From Promethearchaeota archaeon (GTDB lineage Archaea > Asgardarchaeota > Lokiarchaeia > Sigyniarchaeales > SOKP01), in assembly GCA_016839555.1 (NCBI GenBank), contig JAEOUA010000007.1, forward strand, positions 1-64,000: a stretch of DNA of 64,000 nt, given 5' to 3'. Numbering within the stretch: position 1 is the first letter of the stretch; every line of letters starts with the position of its first letter. Shown here in pieces: positions 30,348-41,307 of this stretch. A model generated the notes under the pieces. That model was given only the letters and a program-made list of their open reading frames with translations, was not told where the DNA came from and searched no databases. A program made the translations under genes and the position numbers.

Positions 30348-30494
30348 ATGTCAATAAATTCAAAAAGCAAACGGCAATTATTTTGTCCATTTATCGATAC
30401 CTGCAATTTGCCACATATTGGTACTATCTGTCGTTTTCCCGAGTGTAAGCTCTGTCCCGAATATCAATCCAAATTAAAAGCTTTTAAAAAATAA
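30348..30494 (+). CDS. 48-aa Cys-rich microprotein (not in ORF track)
   Basis: MSINSKSKRQLFCPFIDTCNLPHIGTICRFPECKLCPEYQSKLKAFKK; GC-richer than its flanks. Confidence 0.65.
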   Translation: MSINSKSKRQLFCPFIDTCNLPHIGTICRFPECKLCPEYQSKLKAFKK

Positions 30495-30756
30495 TTTAAT
30501 TACTTCTCCCCTCTTAGGGATATTTTTCAGCCATAATTTCTGTTTCTAATAACTCTCTTATTAATTAGAATCTGAAAATTTCTTTAATTTGTTTATTTAG
30601 CTAAATTGAAAGAAAAAGTTAGAATTTACTTTTACACGAGCTTGATATTGGTAAAACCTTTGAGAGCGTAAGACTTTCTTCATAAAATACCAGAAATTAT
30701 TATTTAAAAGATTTATAAAAAAAAATAATTAATAAAAGAAAGAACTTTCAATAATT

Positions 30757-31110
30757 TTATGATTTTGTTCTCCTAAGAATAAAAACACCTATAGCTAAGA
30801 TACCACCAATGATACTCCAAATTATTGCAATCCACATCCAAATAAATATATCGCCAGGGAAGAAAGGGTAAAAAATCCATAAAAATACTAATACAATTAC
30901 CCAAATGATTCCAATAATTTTTTCATTTTTTTCACTTTCAGCCATGAAAAATATTGTGCCGATTACGCCACCACCGATAGACCAAATTATTGCCAACCAC
31001 ATCCAAAAAAAGATATCACCCGGTAAAAAAGGGTATATAATCCACAAAAATACTAAAATAACTACCCAAACAATCCCAAATATCTTTTTTATTTTTTCTA
31101 TATCTGCCAT
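30757..31110 (-). CDS. 4-TM membrane protein with an internal duplication
   Basis: Two copies of WVxxLVFLWIxYPFxPGDIFxWMWxAIIWS. Confidence 0.8.
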   Translation of the reverse strand: MADIEKIKKIFGIVWVVILVFLWIIYPFLPGDIFFWMWLAIIWSIGGGVIGTIFFMAESEKNEKIIGIIWVIVLVFLWIFYPFFPGDIFIWMWIAIIWSIIGGILAIGVFILRRTKS

Positions 31111-31432
31111 TTTATTTCTCCTATTCCATTTTTTCTTGTTTAGAATATCTAAGTTGTTAATTTATTAGATTTAAAAGAATAGATTTCTAATAATTATAAA
31201 TTTGGATCTTATTCTATAAAAAGATATTTTTTTGTTCCCCAAGGAATTTTACAAGGATATTTTTAAAGGTTATTACTATTAAAGCTTCTGAATGAATAAT
31301 AATGTAATATTGATGTAATATAGTGATATATATTTTGCATCGCAGAACCACACTTTCACGAACATTTAAGGTTTTTTCCATAAATTAAAATACTCGTAAA
31401 TTCCATTTTTTCAATAATTATACCAGCTTGTC

Positions 31433-31876
31433 TTATTCTTCCCATAACTCTAAAAAGTTGAATTCAGATAATGCATTGATTCTTGGATAGTGTCTTTTAT
31501 CTCTAGTTATTAATCTAATCTTATTTTTGATGGCTATTGAAGCATTTAATAAATCAAATTGAGGTACTCTCTGACCATTCTTATCTAATTCTGCGCAAAT
31601 TTTACCATAAATTTTACTTGAATCATCATCTAAGGTAAGAATTTCTGGAAAATCTATAGTAAATTTATTTAGTTTTTTTCCTTCGGATATTTGTTTTTCT
31701 CTTGATTTTAAACGGTAAATCCCATACCATAATTCACAGAGAGTTATTTGGGTTATTCTTAAATCTTTCCCCTCATCTATTAGTTGATTTAATTTTTTAT
31801 TAATTTCAGATTTTTTACCTCTAAGATAATCTATAGCTATATCCGTTTCAATGATCATCATTATTAATTGTTTCAC
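31433..31876 (-). CDS. vapC: PIN-domain VapC toxin
   Basis: ETDIAIDYLRG, ELWYG, FDLLNAS, ITRD. Confidence 0.88.
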   Translation of the reverse strand: MKQLIMMIIETDIAIDYLRGKKSEINKKLNQLIDEGKDLRITQITLCELWYGIYRLKSREKQISEGKKLNKFTIDFPEILTLDDDSSKIYGKICAELDKNGQRVPQFDLLNASIAIKNKIRLITRDKRHYPRINALSEFNFLELWEE

Positions 31877-32084
31877 CCGTTAGATTTTGGTTTCTTATTC
31901 TTTTTATATCACGTTCTAAACCTTCCCATAATTCAGGATCAAATTTATTTTGCATAGATAACCAAGGATTATTTTTTTTTGAAATTAATCTTTCTATTAC
32001 GGCTGAAAATGATTCTCCTTTACGTTTCTCTCTCTTAAGTAATTTATAAACACGTTCTGATAACGATATAGTTTTTTGTCCCAT
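31848..32084 (-). CDS. vapB: VapB-family antitoxin
   Basis: KTISLSERVYKLLKREKRKGESFSAVIERLI. Confidence 0.88.
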   Translation of the reverse strand: MGQKTISLSERVYKLLKREKRKGESFSAVIERLISKKNNPWLSMQNKFDPELWEGLERDIKRIRNQNLTGETINNDDH

Positions 32085-32397
32085 AGTATTATTAAATAAG
32101 CAGAAGTATTTAAACAGATCTATTTATTTTAAAAATAAAATTTAATCTCCTCATTTAAAAAATTGCTTATCAGAAATAAATTGTATATTACATTTAGAAA
32201 TATTAAAAAAAAACAAAAAATTAGTATAGAAATAATTTAAGCCTTTAATATTAATTTATAATATCCTTTTCTAAAGAGTTAGAATTTTACATTTTTTTGC
32301 CATTAAAACTTTAAAAGCTTAATATAAGTAAAAGATATAAATAGAAATAATGTAAAATACTAAATATAAAAAAAATAAAAAGAGTTAAGTTTAAAAA

Positions 32398-33270
32398 ATG
32401 TGTCAATGGTGTTTGAAGCACGGTGCTGGAAAAAAGTGGTATATGAATGCCAGGAATTATCAAGCAGACCAACTTGGAAATGAAGAGGACATAGTAAATT
32501 ATCTCGAAGAACAGTGGATGAACTTCGAAACAGTGTTCATTAGGAAGATTATGGGAATCTCCTCAAAAAATTTAGGATATAAACTTAAGATGCCGATTAT
32601 CGGTCGATTACTTCGTTGGAAGGCGGAGAGTATGATTCATAGCGAGAAAAAAGGAAGGAATGCTCAGCGAGCTGATGGACATTTTGGTCAAGCCATTCCT
32701 TTAGAAGATGGAAAAGCAATTCTTTCGGAGCTTGCTGCAGAACCCATCTTATGTAATTATTGTATGTGTCGTTGGATGCAGCGGGGTGAAAAAGAAGCGG
32801 TATGTATTAATTTTGGAGCATTATCGGGTGTACTTGAAAAAATGCCGCGTTTTATGCCTAAAGAAAGGACGAATCCAATCGATCGCGAAGAGGCAATTGA
32901 ACTTTTGGAACGAAACAATAAAAAAGGATATATTGCGTCAGTATGGTTCCAACCTGTTCCCTATATCAATGCAATTTGTTCCTGTGAAAGTCCGGAATGC
33001 GGTGGTCTCAATTTAAGAAACAATTTCGGGCTTAATGCGTTCTATAAAGCAGAGTATATCATTCAATTGGACCAAGACAAATGTCAAGGATGCAAAAAAT
33101 GCGTAGCGATGTGCCAATTTAGCGCTATTAGATATATCCCCTCCTTGGGAAGGGTTACAATTAATTATGATAAATGTTTTGGTTGTGGCGTATGCCGTCA
33201 TGCGTGCGAATTTGACGCGCTAAAATTGATACCCAGGGAGGAATATCCCGGGTTTGATGGAACATATTAG
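32398..33270 (+). CDS. 4Fe-4S dicluster domain protein
   Basis: Two CxxCxxCxxxC motifs plus additional Cys clusters. Confidence 0.88.
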   Translation: MCQWCLKHGAGKKWYMNARNYQADQLGNEEDIVNYLEEQWMNFETVFIRKIMGISSKNLGYKLKMPIIGRLLRWKAESMIHSEKKGRNAQRADGHFGQAIPLEDGKAILSELAAEPILCNYCMCRWMQRGEKEAVCINFGALSGVLEKMPRFMPKERTNPIDREEAIELLERNNKKGYIASVWFQPVPYINAICSCESPECGGLNLRNNFGLNAFYKAEYIIQLDQDKCQGCKKCVAMCQFSAIRYIPSLGRVTINYDKCFGCGVCRHACEFDALKLIPREEYPGFDGTY

Positions 33271-33281
33271 GGGGGAGGATA

Positions 33282-33542
33282 ATGGGAAAAACAAAAATAA
33301 CAATAGATTACTCCTTATGTGGAGAAAATGGAAAGGTAGATCCGAGAGATTGTGCTAAATGTTTAAAAGTGTGTGATCCAGCGGTATTTCTTATGCATGA
33401 AACTATTGGAACTGAAGACCAACAAAAAAATCCATACGACCCCCAAGACTGGAGGATAACTCCAATATGGGGCTCTATTTGCACAAGATGCATGAAATGC
33501 GTAAAAATTTGTCCAGAACAAGCAATTACTGTAGAATGGTAA
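33282..33542 (+). CDS. Small ferredoxin-like protein
   Basis: CAKCLKVC and CTRCMKCVKICP. Confidence 0.85.
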   Translation: MGKTKITIDYSLCGENGKVDPRDCAKCLKVCDPAVFLMHETIGTEDQQKNPYDPQDWRITPIWGSICTRCMKCVKICPEQAITVEW

Positions 33543-33843
33543 TTTTTTTCTTTTTATCTTCTATTTTTTAGTTTCAGATTTTCCATTCGTGAGGTTTTAG
33601 GAAGGCATTATTTGAATTTTATTACTAATACAATGAATTATTGATTTCTCCTTTTGAATACCTCAAATTTTAAAAAAATCAATATAGAGTTTATTTGTGT
33701 CGGACGAACGAAATAATTAAAAAGCTATCGACTTTTAAAAACAGTTGTCATTTATATTAAATGTTAGGGATACTAAATTGATTTTACTTAGATAATATAT
33801 TATCTTTTTTCATTCAAATTGCAGTAATTAGGGTAAAGTAAAT

Positions 33844-34428
33844 ATGATATATAATGGTATTAATGAGAGAGAATCCCAAATAAAGCTTGCTAAACTATTA
33901 TCTAATGTCTCAAATATGAATGATTATTCTAAATTAAAGGATATTACCACCGAATTATTAGAAAAAAAGAACAAGGAAGAATTTAATAAATATTTGGAGC
34001 TCACAACAATTTGGTTTCAATCTATTTTAGGATTGAAAAATAGTCCGTCAAATGGAACCTCTGATAACAGAAGAATGGTCGGCGTTTCAATGAAAAAATT
34101 TATGAATAAAGTAAATGAATTTCACGATTTTATTTCGCAAAAAAAAGAGTTTTTACTATTCATTCCCAATAAAATAGATTTGTATTCGAAATGCATTAAA
34201 AATAACCCAGAAGCAGTAAGAATTGTGGAAAGTTTTAAAAATATTGCTAACAAGAATTTGGAAAAGCTTAATTTAATTATTAATGATTTCAATATATTTT
34301 TATTCAAACTTGAAGGAAATAATAATAGAGAAGAAAAGCAATATTATTTAAAAATTCAAGATGCTCTTCTTAAATTACTCATATTACTTCATGAACCAAT
34401 TAATAATGTGTTTTTTCGGTTTGAATAG
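33844..34428 (+). CDS. Hypothetical helical protein
   Basis: 194-aa ORF only. Confidence 0.55.
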   Translation: MIYNGINERESQIKLAKLLSNVSNMNDYSKLKDITTELLEKKNKEEFNKYLELTTIWFQSILGLKNSPSNGTSDNRRMVGVSMKKFMNKVNEFHDFISQKKEFLLFIPNKIDLYSKCIKNNPEAVRIVESFKNIANKNLEKLNLIINDFNIFLFKLEGNNNREEKQYYLKIQDALLKLLILLHEPINNVFFRFE

Positions 34429-34633
34429 TGCTTAAGACCAGCTCTTTCTTTAAAAAAAGAGATAATTCAAATTTCAAGATAATTTGAATATTGAGATAAA
34501 AATTATTATAAACAACTCCATTATCTAATTATTCATAACAAAGTCAATTTATTGGTGCATTTTAATTAAAAAAATTATAACTCCAAGATTTAAAATTGTA
34601 TTCTTTTGTTCAGCATTTAATTTATTTGCTGAA

Positions 34634-35389
34634 ATGTCCGTAAGAGGGTTTATTGGGTTGTTTCAAGGCTTACTCCCACTTTTTTTATTTCTTCATTATT
34701 TTACCTATTTTTATATCATTATTCATTTCATTGGAAAAAGCAAGGGATATGATATGGCAATATTAGCTATAGCAATTACTTATGCGTGGTTTGTAATGAT
34801 GTTCGAAACCGGTCTCGCATTTATTTGGGGTATTATTTCTTGGCTCATATTTATTCCCATCATATTTATTGGGGAATGGGGTATTCTTCAAACACTCCTA
34901 CTCCTCTATATTTCTGAAAATTATCTGGGTTGGCATTTATCGAAAACTCGACTTTCTAAAGTTGGCTGGATACTTTGTATAGGCTATTTTGCTTTATTTT
35001 GTATTTTTTCTTTTCCAGGAGCGATTAAAGGAAAACCTTGGTTGTATATCTTATCATTTATTGCGTTCGGAATAAATTTATTATTAGCAAGAAGGTTAGT
35101 ATTAAAAGGAGCTGAAAGGGATAACCCCTCAATTAAAAATAATGCAACTGGGCAATCCAGATTTTTATTAATTTGGTTTATTCTTACCATTATAATTGGT
35201 ATTATTAGTAGTATAATAGTTCCATTACTTTTTGAACCCATTACTACGCGAAGAGGAAGTGAAATGTTTTATATTCAATCTTTTTTATTAATGACGGGAT
35301 GGTCCTTTATCTCAGCTATAGTAATATTGCTATGGAGAAATAAAAAAGGAAGGATCTCATTGCCTTATCCAGAAAACAATAGAATTTGA
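34634..35389 (+). CDS. Multi-pass membrane protein; frame is open upstream to 34529
   Basis: About 7 hydrophobic segments. Confidence 0.7.
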   Translation: MSVRGFIGLFQGLLPLFLFLHYFTYFYIIIHFIGKSKGYDMAILAIAITYAWFVMMFETGLAFIWGIISWLIFIPIIFIGEWGILQTLLLLYISENYLGWHLSKTRLSKVGWILCIGYFALFCIFSFPGAIKGKPWLYILSFIAFGINLLLARRLVLKGAERDNPSIKNNATGQSRFLLIWFILTIIIGIISSIIVPLLFEPITTRRGSEMFYIQSFLLMTGWSFISAIVILLWRNKKGRISLPYPENNRI

Positions 35390-35448
35390 ATATTTCTTAT
35401 TATTTTAATATTTTTTTTTAAAAAAACCGAATAATAGGCTATCAATAC

Positions 35449-36243
35449 TTATATAGAGGCAAGTTCGGCAGTCTCATATAAATAGCTAAAATAAAAATTA
35501 GCGGCGGGTCCAAAAGCGATATGATCAGTAACAATGCCGAAGTATGACAGCTTTTCAAAAAATCTCTGAGATAAAATGATAAACGCATTTTCACCCTCAT
35601 CTATTATAATTGAGGTGCCGAATAATTGATCTCGATACTTTATTTCAGCGATTTCTTTATATTTTAAGAGAAAATCTTTAAAATTTTTATCGCCTAAGGC
35701 TTCTTCTTCTATAAGAATCTTGATATCAGTAACTCCTCGTGCTCGTGCTTTTTTAATATCATTGTAATATATTTTAAGGAATTCAAAATCAGTAGTTACT
35801 AAATAGATTGAAGTCTTGGCTAAATTAATGATAGATAATGATCTATTTATACATACATTTCGTCCTCGATGAATATATAATGCGATTTTTATTGGTGTAT
35901 CATGACTTTGATAAATAGGTGTGAGATTATGAATAATAGTATTGGAATTATCATCAAACATCTCATTGTACTGCTTCTTAGCAATTACCAAGGCTTCATC
36001 GGGACTTTTTGCGAAGTAGCGGCTCGGTCTGGACTCTTCCTCTTTATGAATCCATTTTTTCTCCTTTTCGAGCTGCGTCAAGATATTATATATTCGACTG
36101 TAGGGTACACCCGATTCTTCTGAAAGCTCCTTGGCAGCCATAGGTCCTTTTGCTATTAGGGTCAGATAAATTGAAATTTCATAATCTGTCAGACCTAAAT
36201 TTTTCAATGAATCTTTCACGATTTCGGGGACTTCATCAGACAT
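35449..36243 (-). CDS. TrmB-family transcription regulator
   Basis: LGLTDYE..IYLTL, SGVPYSRIYNIL. Confidence 0.92.
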   Translation of the reverse strand: MSDEVPEIVKDSLKNLGLTDYEISIYLTLIAKGPMAAKELSEESGVPYSRIYNILTQLEKEKKWIHKEEESRPSRYFAKSPDEALVIAKKQYNEMFDDNSNTIIHNLTPIYQSHDTPIKIALYIHRGRNVCINRSLSIINLAKTSIYLVTTDFEFLKIYYNDIKKARARGVTDIKILIEEEALGDKNFKDFLLKYKEIAEIKYRDQLFGTSIIIDEGENAFIILSQRFFEKLSYFGIVTDHIAFGPAANFYFSYLYETAELASI

Positions 36244-36516
36244 ATTAAAACCTTAAGCTATTGAAAATACTTGTTTTAGTATATTTAATATTGGTATTAT
36301 AATATCAATAATTGTTGAAATACTATTAGAAAGATAATATTTATCTTTTCAAATTACTAAAAAATTTTACTGATTTATAATAACGGGTTTAGTTAATAAA
36401 AGAAATTTATTATATTATAACAATATTAATTAGTTTCATATAAAAACTTTTTCCTCTCAATTTTTTAGATAATAGAGTTAATAAAAATAAGCTTTTAATT
36501 CTCTAATGATTATGTA

Positions 36517-38133
36517 CTATTTAAAATATATTTGTATGAATTTTAATCTTTCTTGCTCGGGATTTTCAGTTTTTCTTAAGAAATAATTTTCATATGATTG
36601 ATAAAGAGTTAGCATATCATCATAGAGCATCTGATATTTTTCATCTGGATGGATAATCTGTTTATCTTGAATATTTAAGAATTGAGAAGTTAATTCTTCC
36701 CATTCAATATTATTCTTGGTAAAATCAAGATATGATTTCGCCGCTCGCAAACTTGCTCCCAAAGCAGCTGAATCTGTGATTTGAAATTGAACCACAGGCG
36801 TATTGAATATATTTGCAGCAACTTGAAGAATCTCTTTATTCATTGATGCGCTTCCCGTGGCATAAAGTATTTCTGGTTTCTCGCTGATCCATTGCGAATG
36901 CAGCTTCATAGATAAAAATTGGGCTTCAATTATACCTCTAATACTTCTCTTGATATCATTTTCATCAAATCCAAATCTTTGAACTTTAGGATCTAATACT
37001 AATGGAACAATTTCTGGAAAAAAATAGGGGAGCATAATTTTACCATCATTTCCTGGCGGTGTTTCCTCCAAAATTTTTGAAAATGAGTTCCAGTCCAAAT
37101 TAAAACGATTTTTTATTTGTTCACGCGCTAATGAGCCATTCTTAAAACAGATTAAACTCATATAATCTCCTGTTGGAGCCCCAAATACATGGCCTTCTCC
37201 TTTAAAATCAAGAGAAAGTTGTTCTAAATAACTAAAAAAGGTATCACTCGTTCCCAAACTAATAGCTGCTCTTCCTTTTTTTATTAATCCTGTTCCTATG
37301 AGGCTATTAGGATTATCTCCCGAAAATGCGATTATTTTGCAATTATTTGAAAAGCCATATTTTTTAATAAAATATTTAGATATATTTCCTATGATATTTG
37401 GTGAATTTACTAAAGATGGTAACTTATCTATTAAATTAGGTGCTGTTGCTTCTAATGCTCGTGAATCCCACTCTTTAGTAGAAATATTCATCAAATTCAT
37501 TCCAGCACCATCTCCATAATCAATTGGGGCATTCTTTCCAATCAGAATAGAAGCCATAAAAGAGCTTACTAAATGTATTATTGCTGTATCTTTGTATTGC
37601 ATTGGATTATTTTGAAAAAATTTTCTAATTTGGGGCCCAGAAAAGCGTTCAAAAGTATTGGAGCCTGTAATTTTAATAGTCTCTTTCATGCCACCTAAAG
37701 ACTCTCTTATTTCTTCACATTGCTTAGTTGTGCTGGAATCCATCCAAATAGGACTTGTTTTTCGAGTAAAAGTATTTTCTAATTGAATTTTAAGGGTTTT
37801 TACTGGGTTCAAAGTTTTAAGAACCTTCTCAAAGGTATCATTTAAATACACAGTACCATGTTGTTGTCCTGACCCAGAAATTGCTTTTATATCCCCAATA
37901 CACACCTTACTCTTCTTCATAATATTAAATAATAAATCTAAAGATTCCACCCACATTAAAGGATACGAATGCACCACTGTCTCATTCTCCGAATATATCG
38001 CACCATTTTCTGTATTATAATGGGGTAAAGATTTATCAAAATTTATCTTTCTTTTATATACTACCTTATTTTTTTCAATATCAATTACTATTACAGTAAT
38101 AGATTGAGTAGAAAAATCTAATCCAAGAAACAT
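36517..38133 (-). CDS. xylB: Xylulokinase (FGGY family, eukaryote-like subtype)
   Basis: GLDFSTQS, SGSGQQHG, IWMDSST, ERFSGPQIRK, GDNPNSL, SLGTSDT, KNGSLARE. Confidence 0.85.
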   Translation of the reverse strand: MFLGLDFSTQSITVIVIDIEKNKVVYKRKINFDKSLPHYNTENGAIYSENETVVHSYPLMWVESLDLLFNIMKKSKVCIGDIKAISGSGQQHGTVYLNDTFEKVLKTLNPVKTLKIQLENTFTRKTSPIWMDSSTTKQCEEIRESLGGMKETIKITGSNTFERFSGPQIRKFFQNNPMQYKDTAIIHLVSSFMASILIGKNAPIDYGDGAGMNLMNISTKEWDSRALEATAPNLIDKLPSLVNSPNIIGNISKYFIKKYGFSNNCKIIAFSGDNPNSLIGTGLIKKGRAAISLGTSDTFFSYLEQLSLDFKGEGHVFGAPTGDYMSLICFKNGSLAREQIKNRFNLDWNSFSKILEETPPGNDGKIMLPYFFPEIVPLVLDPKVQRFGFDENDIKRSIRGIIEAQFLSMKLHSQWISEKPEILYATGSASMNKEILQVAANIFNTPVVQFQITDSAALGASLRAAKSYLDFTKNNIEWEELTSQFLNIQDKQIIHPDEKYQMLYDDMLTLYQSYENYFLRKTENPEQERLKFIQIYFK

Positions 38134-38273
38134 TTTACGGTTTTATTCTTTATTATTAGCAAGATTTAATATATTTTTCAATAAATGGTATTTTTATTGA
38201 TAGTTTTGTTTATCTATTATTTAAAACTAATTGGTTGATTGAATCCTAAGAGAATTTCGATTATACGGTTATA

Positions 38274-38711
38274 TTAACTATTTTTCAAATAAGAATTAAT
38301 TAGATCCATATTAAGAGGTATTACCCATTCAGCAATGTCCTTCAATCTACTTCTTAATTTTAATTTTTCTGCACGATTATTAGGTAATCCTTTCACTAGA
38401 GAATGACCATAATTTCTCAATATTGGATTATGGATGACTGATAAGGCAGGAATTTTACGAATGTTTCCAACATTCATTTTAATTACTCCATTAAATTTAG
38501 GAACTCTTGATAGGCGTCTTAGCTTTTTTGCACTACAATATTTTTCCCAAGCAGTAGATATTCCATCACTCTTTTCATCCCTAAAGGCATTTATTGGCAC
38601 TTCATTGGCAGAATATCCCCTAGGCTTAAGAATTAGTTTTAAGTTGAAATTTCGGAATAAATTATCATTATTAGGAATATATTTGACTTTTAACGGAAGT
38701 TTTTTAGCCAT
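38274..38711 (-). CDS. Basic hypothetical protein; possible ART/Tse2-like-fold toxin
   Basis: LFR...AF...GISTAW...HNP...YGHS pattern. Confidence 0.45.
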   Translation of the reverse strand: MAKKLPLKVKYIPNNDNLFRNFNLKLILKPRGYSANEVPINAFRDEKSDGISTAWEKYCSAKKLRRLSRVPKFNGVIKMNVGNIRKIPALSVIHNPILRNYGHSLVKGLPNNRAEKLKLRSRLKDIAEWVIPLNMDLINSYLKNS

Positions 38712-39718
38712 GGAAAAATCACAATATGAATTTTATTGATATCAATTATTCCTTGAATTTCATTATTTTTATTATCCCTTCCATAAAAACTAGGCAAATT
38801 TAGAAACTCTTCAGAAAAATTGATTGTTAATTCCATTTCTTCAGTTTTCCAATGAATATCAACGCTTAAATCTCCGACAGGTAAAATATTAGGAACTTCT
38901 AAATTTAAGGAGTATAACTTATTAAACTTATAAAACAATCGGATTAAGAAATCTGTGGCAAATCTCCAGACCTCGATGTTAAAAGCCTTACTATCCTCAC
39001 CATCCCAATTTTCCCCTAAACTTAATATATGTTCTCTAGAATTATTGATTTCATTTTTTAATGTTTCATATTGTTTAGTATTGAAAAATGACATTTCATC
39101 AAAATCATCTAGCTTGGAAAAATCGTCTTTTTCTGATTTAAGAAATGGCTCTGTTTCTAATCCCTCAATAACAACTGTGTGATCATCTAATTCAGATTCC
39201 TCTATAAGTAATGAATCGCTGCTTTTAGTTTCTCGGTCAATATTTTTAGTATCTTCTTCTGATTTAATTTTAAAACTAGTTTGTATAAAATCATCTTTAT
39301 CTTTTAAAAGCTTTACAGATTCTCCATTAATCATAAAATCGGAAGAATCAGAATCATTAAAGATACCAATATTTCTGGTATCATAATAAGCATTATTATA
39401 AGCATAGGCTTTCGAGAAACCTGTTAAAATTGACTTGATACTTTTATATTCTGTTATCTTTTCATCCTTTTCTATTTTAGAGTCTGTTAATATTTGAGCC
39501 TTCTTAGCTTGTCTACCCCTTTGTAATAATAGTTTCATACGAGTAAATCGATCTAATTTATCCTTTAATCCAAACTCATTGACTTTGGTATAATATATCT
39601 CTGTGATTTGGCTACCTATAGATTTGATAATTTCTTCTCGAGTGCAATTTGGGTTAGTTTTTTCGATTTCAAGTATAATATTATTAAAATCAAAAGTCTT
39701 CTCTACTGTTTCTGTCAT
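38690..39718 (-). CDS. Acidic hypothetical protein with a C-terminal NWDG domain
   Basis: LGENWDGEDS...PNILP...IHW; overlaps both neighbours. Confidence 0.55.
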   Translation of the reverse strand: MTETVEKTFDFNNIILEIEKTNPNCTREEIIKSIGSQITEIYYTKVNEFGLKDKLDRFTRMKLLLQRGRQAKKAQILTDSKIEKDEKITEYKSIKSILTGFSKAYAYNNAYYDTRNIGIFNDSDSSDFMINGESVKLLKDKDDFIQTSFKIKSEEDTKNIDRETKSSDSLLIEESELDDHTVVIEGLETEPFLKSEKDDFSKLDDFDEMSFFNTKQYETLKNEINNSREHILSLGENWDGEDSKAFNIEVWRFATDFLIRLFYKFNKLYSLNLEVPNILPVGDLSVDIHWKTEEMELTINFSEEFLNLPSFYGRDNKNNEIQGIIDINKIHIVIFPWLKNFR

Positions 39719-40623
39719 TATTTTTTATCCTCAAGCTTAGATCCAATTAAATCTGAAACTATTTCATCTAAATCTTCTTTTACTTTCTTAGGAACTGATA
39801 CTTGTTTTTCTACAACAGAAGTTGATGTTTTTGGAATCTCTAACATTCTAATAAACATATATCTCCATTCTTCACAAATCTCAAATAAAAAATCAATACT
39901 ATTCTCTATATATTCTTCATCATCATTAAATTTTTTCAGATTATCTAATAATTTATTCTTAAATATATTATAGGATTCTTTCCATCTTTTAATTTTATTC
40001 TCTTCATATTGCAAATAAAATCTGAAGTATTCATACATTCTTCCAAATGAATTTAAGATGATTTTAAGCATTAATTGTTTAGAAGTGGAGCCATGACTCT
40101 TAATTACCCTATTTATTTCATTGAGAACTCCAAAAATCAGAACATCTAAATTAATTGGGGTATCATTAAAATTTAATTCCTTTATATAAAATGCAAGACA
40201 GAAATTGATTGAAAATTGAGAAAAATCTGGATTGTCTTTATAGGTTTCTCTTTCAACTTTAATTAAATCCCTAAATTCGGAATAATAATCCTGATAATCT
40301 TCCATTATCTTTTTTGTATGTAACTCATATTTATCTGAGTTATAATCACTAAGGATTTTTTTTAGTTTTCTTATTCCTTTTTTTAAATTTCCATCATCTT
40401 TATAAAATCTAAATTCATAAGTTATTTCTTTCAATACCGCCCCTAATAGAGCATATATTTTTGTTTTTAATATAGAAGCATTAGTCATCATACGATTACT
40501 TAAAATATTACAAAAACCAAAATCAAGCTCATCCAATCCATTAAGATAGGCTTTTAAATCTTCTTTTAATACATACTTAAATTTTTCAAATGAATTTTCT
40601 GTCATATTCATCATTCTTTTCAT
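39718..40623 (-). CDS. Hypothetical helical protein
   Basis: 301-aa ORF coupled to the next gene by TAATG. Confidence 0.6.
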   Translation of the reverse strand: MKRMMNMTENSFEKFKYVLKEDLKAYLNGLDELDFGFCNILSNRMMTNASILKTKIYALLGAVLKEITYEFRFYKDDGNLKKGIRKLKKILSDYNSDKYELHTKKIMEDYQDYYSEFRDLIKVERETYKDNPDFSQFSINFCLAFYIKELNFNDTPINLDVLIFGVLNEINRVIKSHGSTSKQLMLKIILNSFGRMYEYFRFYLQYEENKIKRWKESYNIFKNKLLDNLKKFNDDEEYIENSIDFLFEICEEWRYMFIRMLEIPKTSTSVVEKQVSVPKKVKEDLDEIVSDLIGSKLEDKK

Positions 40624-41307
40624 AATTACATTTTTATAAAATTGTCGTTCTATAAATATTTATTTTTTAAAATTCTCTTCTTCTTATTTTTTAAGACGAG
40701 AATTAATCATAAAATTATAATTAAATAAAATAAGATTTTTATGCTTCCCAGGATAATTATTGTTAAATTTAATAAATAATACCATAAATTAATAGAATTA
40801 TTATATTCTTATGAAGACTTTTCGGGTATCTATTACATCGTAATTAAAGGATCATTAAAATGCGAAGATGGAAAGACAATTGGACAAGAAAATAGGTATA
40901 TATTATTAGTAAAATTAAAAATACAGACTCGTGAATCTATTGAAGAACTAATATATAATATGACAATAGTTCGTGATTCTGTAATTGAATATGATAAATT
41001 AGATATATTCTCTTATCAATTTACATATTCTAAATCTTTTTCTTCCTATAATTTAAATTTTAGTATTTCTCCCAATATTCTTCTCATTTTTTTTACTTAA
41101 ATAATATTTTAAAAACATTTCTTATGGGTATTCACTCTTTTTTATTATTTTTTTAAAATTATTATCTTAAAAATGATTTTTTTCGATATTAAAATGAAAA
41201 AATTTTTAACAATTTAATATTTTTAAAAAAACGTATAGTTATTTTTTTACATAATTAGAAGTAATTTTATGCAATTTCAATTAACCAATTAAAAAGGGGT
41301 TTGAAAG

